Shown in pieces: positions 63,867 through 64,000 of a DNA stretch of 64,000 nucleotides. The stretch is from contig JBHWOX010000009.1 of the NCBI GenBank assembly GCA_043424615.1, forward strand, positions 1,629 to 65,628, in the 5' to 3' direction. This DNA comes from Atopococcus sp. (GTDB lineage: Bacteria > Bacillota > Bacilli > Lactobacillales > Carnobacteriaceae_A). The notes below the pieces were generated by a model that saw only the letters and a list, made by a program, of their open reading frames with translations, was not told the DNA's origin and ran no database searches. Within the stretch, counting starts at the first letter, position 1. Each line of letters opens with the position of its first letter. Both the position numbers and the translations under genes were made by a program.

Positions 63867-64000
63867 TTTCTCTATTATTTTGTAAAGCTCATAAAGAGCC
63901 GTGTAATTGGCAATGATATAGGTTTCTAAAGGGGAGGATTTAGCTTTTTCGATGGCTGTCTCCTCATTTTCGGTTGATAATTTATCTTCGTCAATCCCCT
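63864..64000 (-). CDS. Possible 3' end of a minus-strand gene running off the window
   Basis: The minus frame is open from the window edge: ...GIDEDKLSTENEETAIEKAKSSPLETYIIANYTALYELYKIIEK*. TAA at 63864-63866 sits right at the terminator. No family recognised. Confidence 0.3.
   Translation of the reverse strand, partial: GIDEDKLSTENEETAIEKAKSSPLETYIIANYTALYELYKIIEK

Noticed and set aside
1-64000. A search for transposases, integrases, phage genes, CRISPR arrays, rRNA, toxin-antitoxin pairs or known defence systems.
   Set aside because: None of the ORFs shows such motifs, and no long inverted or direct terminal repeats flank the 21-37 kb block. I therefore cannot claim it is a mobile island.

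Overview
A 64-kb chromosomal window from a low-GC Gram-positive genome that looks Lactobacillales-like. TGA is a normal stop here: walR ends in TGA, and there is a GTGA stop/start overlap at 33623-33626.

Layout:
- 1-5013: 3' part of a giant G5-repeat LPXTG adhesin, split by one in-frame TGA.
- 5.3-11.8 kb: rplL-rplJ-rplA-rplK and nusG-secE-rpmG on the minus strand. A DUF218 gene and a glnA without glnR sit between them.
- 11.9-12.6 kb: an RluA-family pseudouridine synthase.
- 12.6-13.0 kb: a dense DnaA-box cluster between convergent gene ends.
- 13.1-20.0 kb: the complete walR-walK-yycH-yycI-walJ-htrA operon.
- 20.1-21.2 kb: a ytxG/ytxH-like pair.
- 21.4-37.1 kb: the most unusual block. It contains an ArsS-type radical-SAM/Cys-rich enzyme translationally abutted to a nucleoside-hydrolase-like gene, and a GT2 glycosyltransferase. 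It also has a DUF2064 (CofC-like) nucleotidyltransferase fused to an APH-type kinase, two TVP38/DedA-type membrane proteins and a LysR regulator. Embedded with these are a surface rhodanese lipoprotein, an ABC importer and a cytoplasmic tandem rhodanese. There is also a GrdB-family ORF with an in-frame TGA, a UxxC motif and a SECIS-like hairpin.
- 37.2-51.1 kb: a 1824-aa BspA-type LRR LPXTG protein, trkHA, a GATase-less GMP synthase domain, an LPXTG 5'-nucleotidase and a sortase.
- 51.8-54.9 kb: two esterase + ring-cleaving-dioxygenase (Mhq-like) pairs.
- 55-64 kb: comEB, opuA, housekeeping enzymes, one tRNA with an odd anticodon loop, mscL and a second YtxH gene.

I saw no rRNA, CRISPR array, transposase or integrase. 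All family assignments come from reading motifs by eye; no database search was run.
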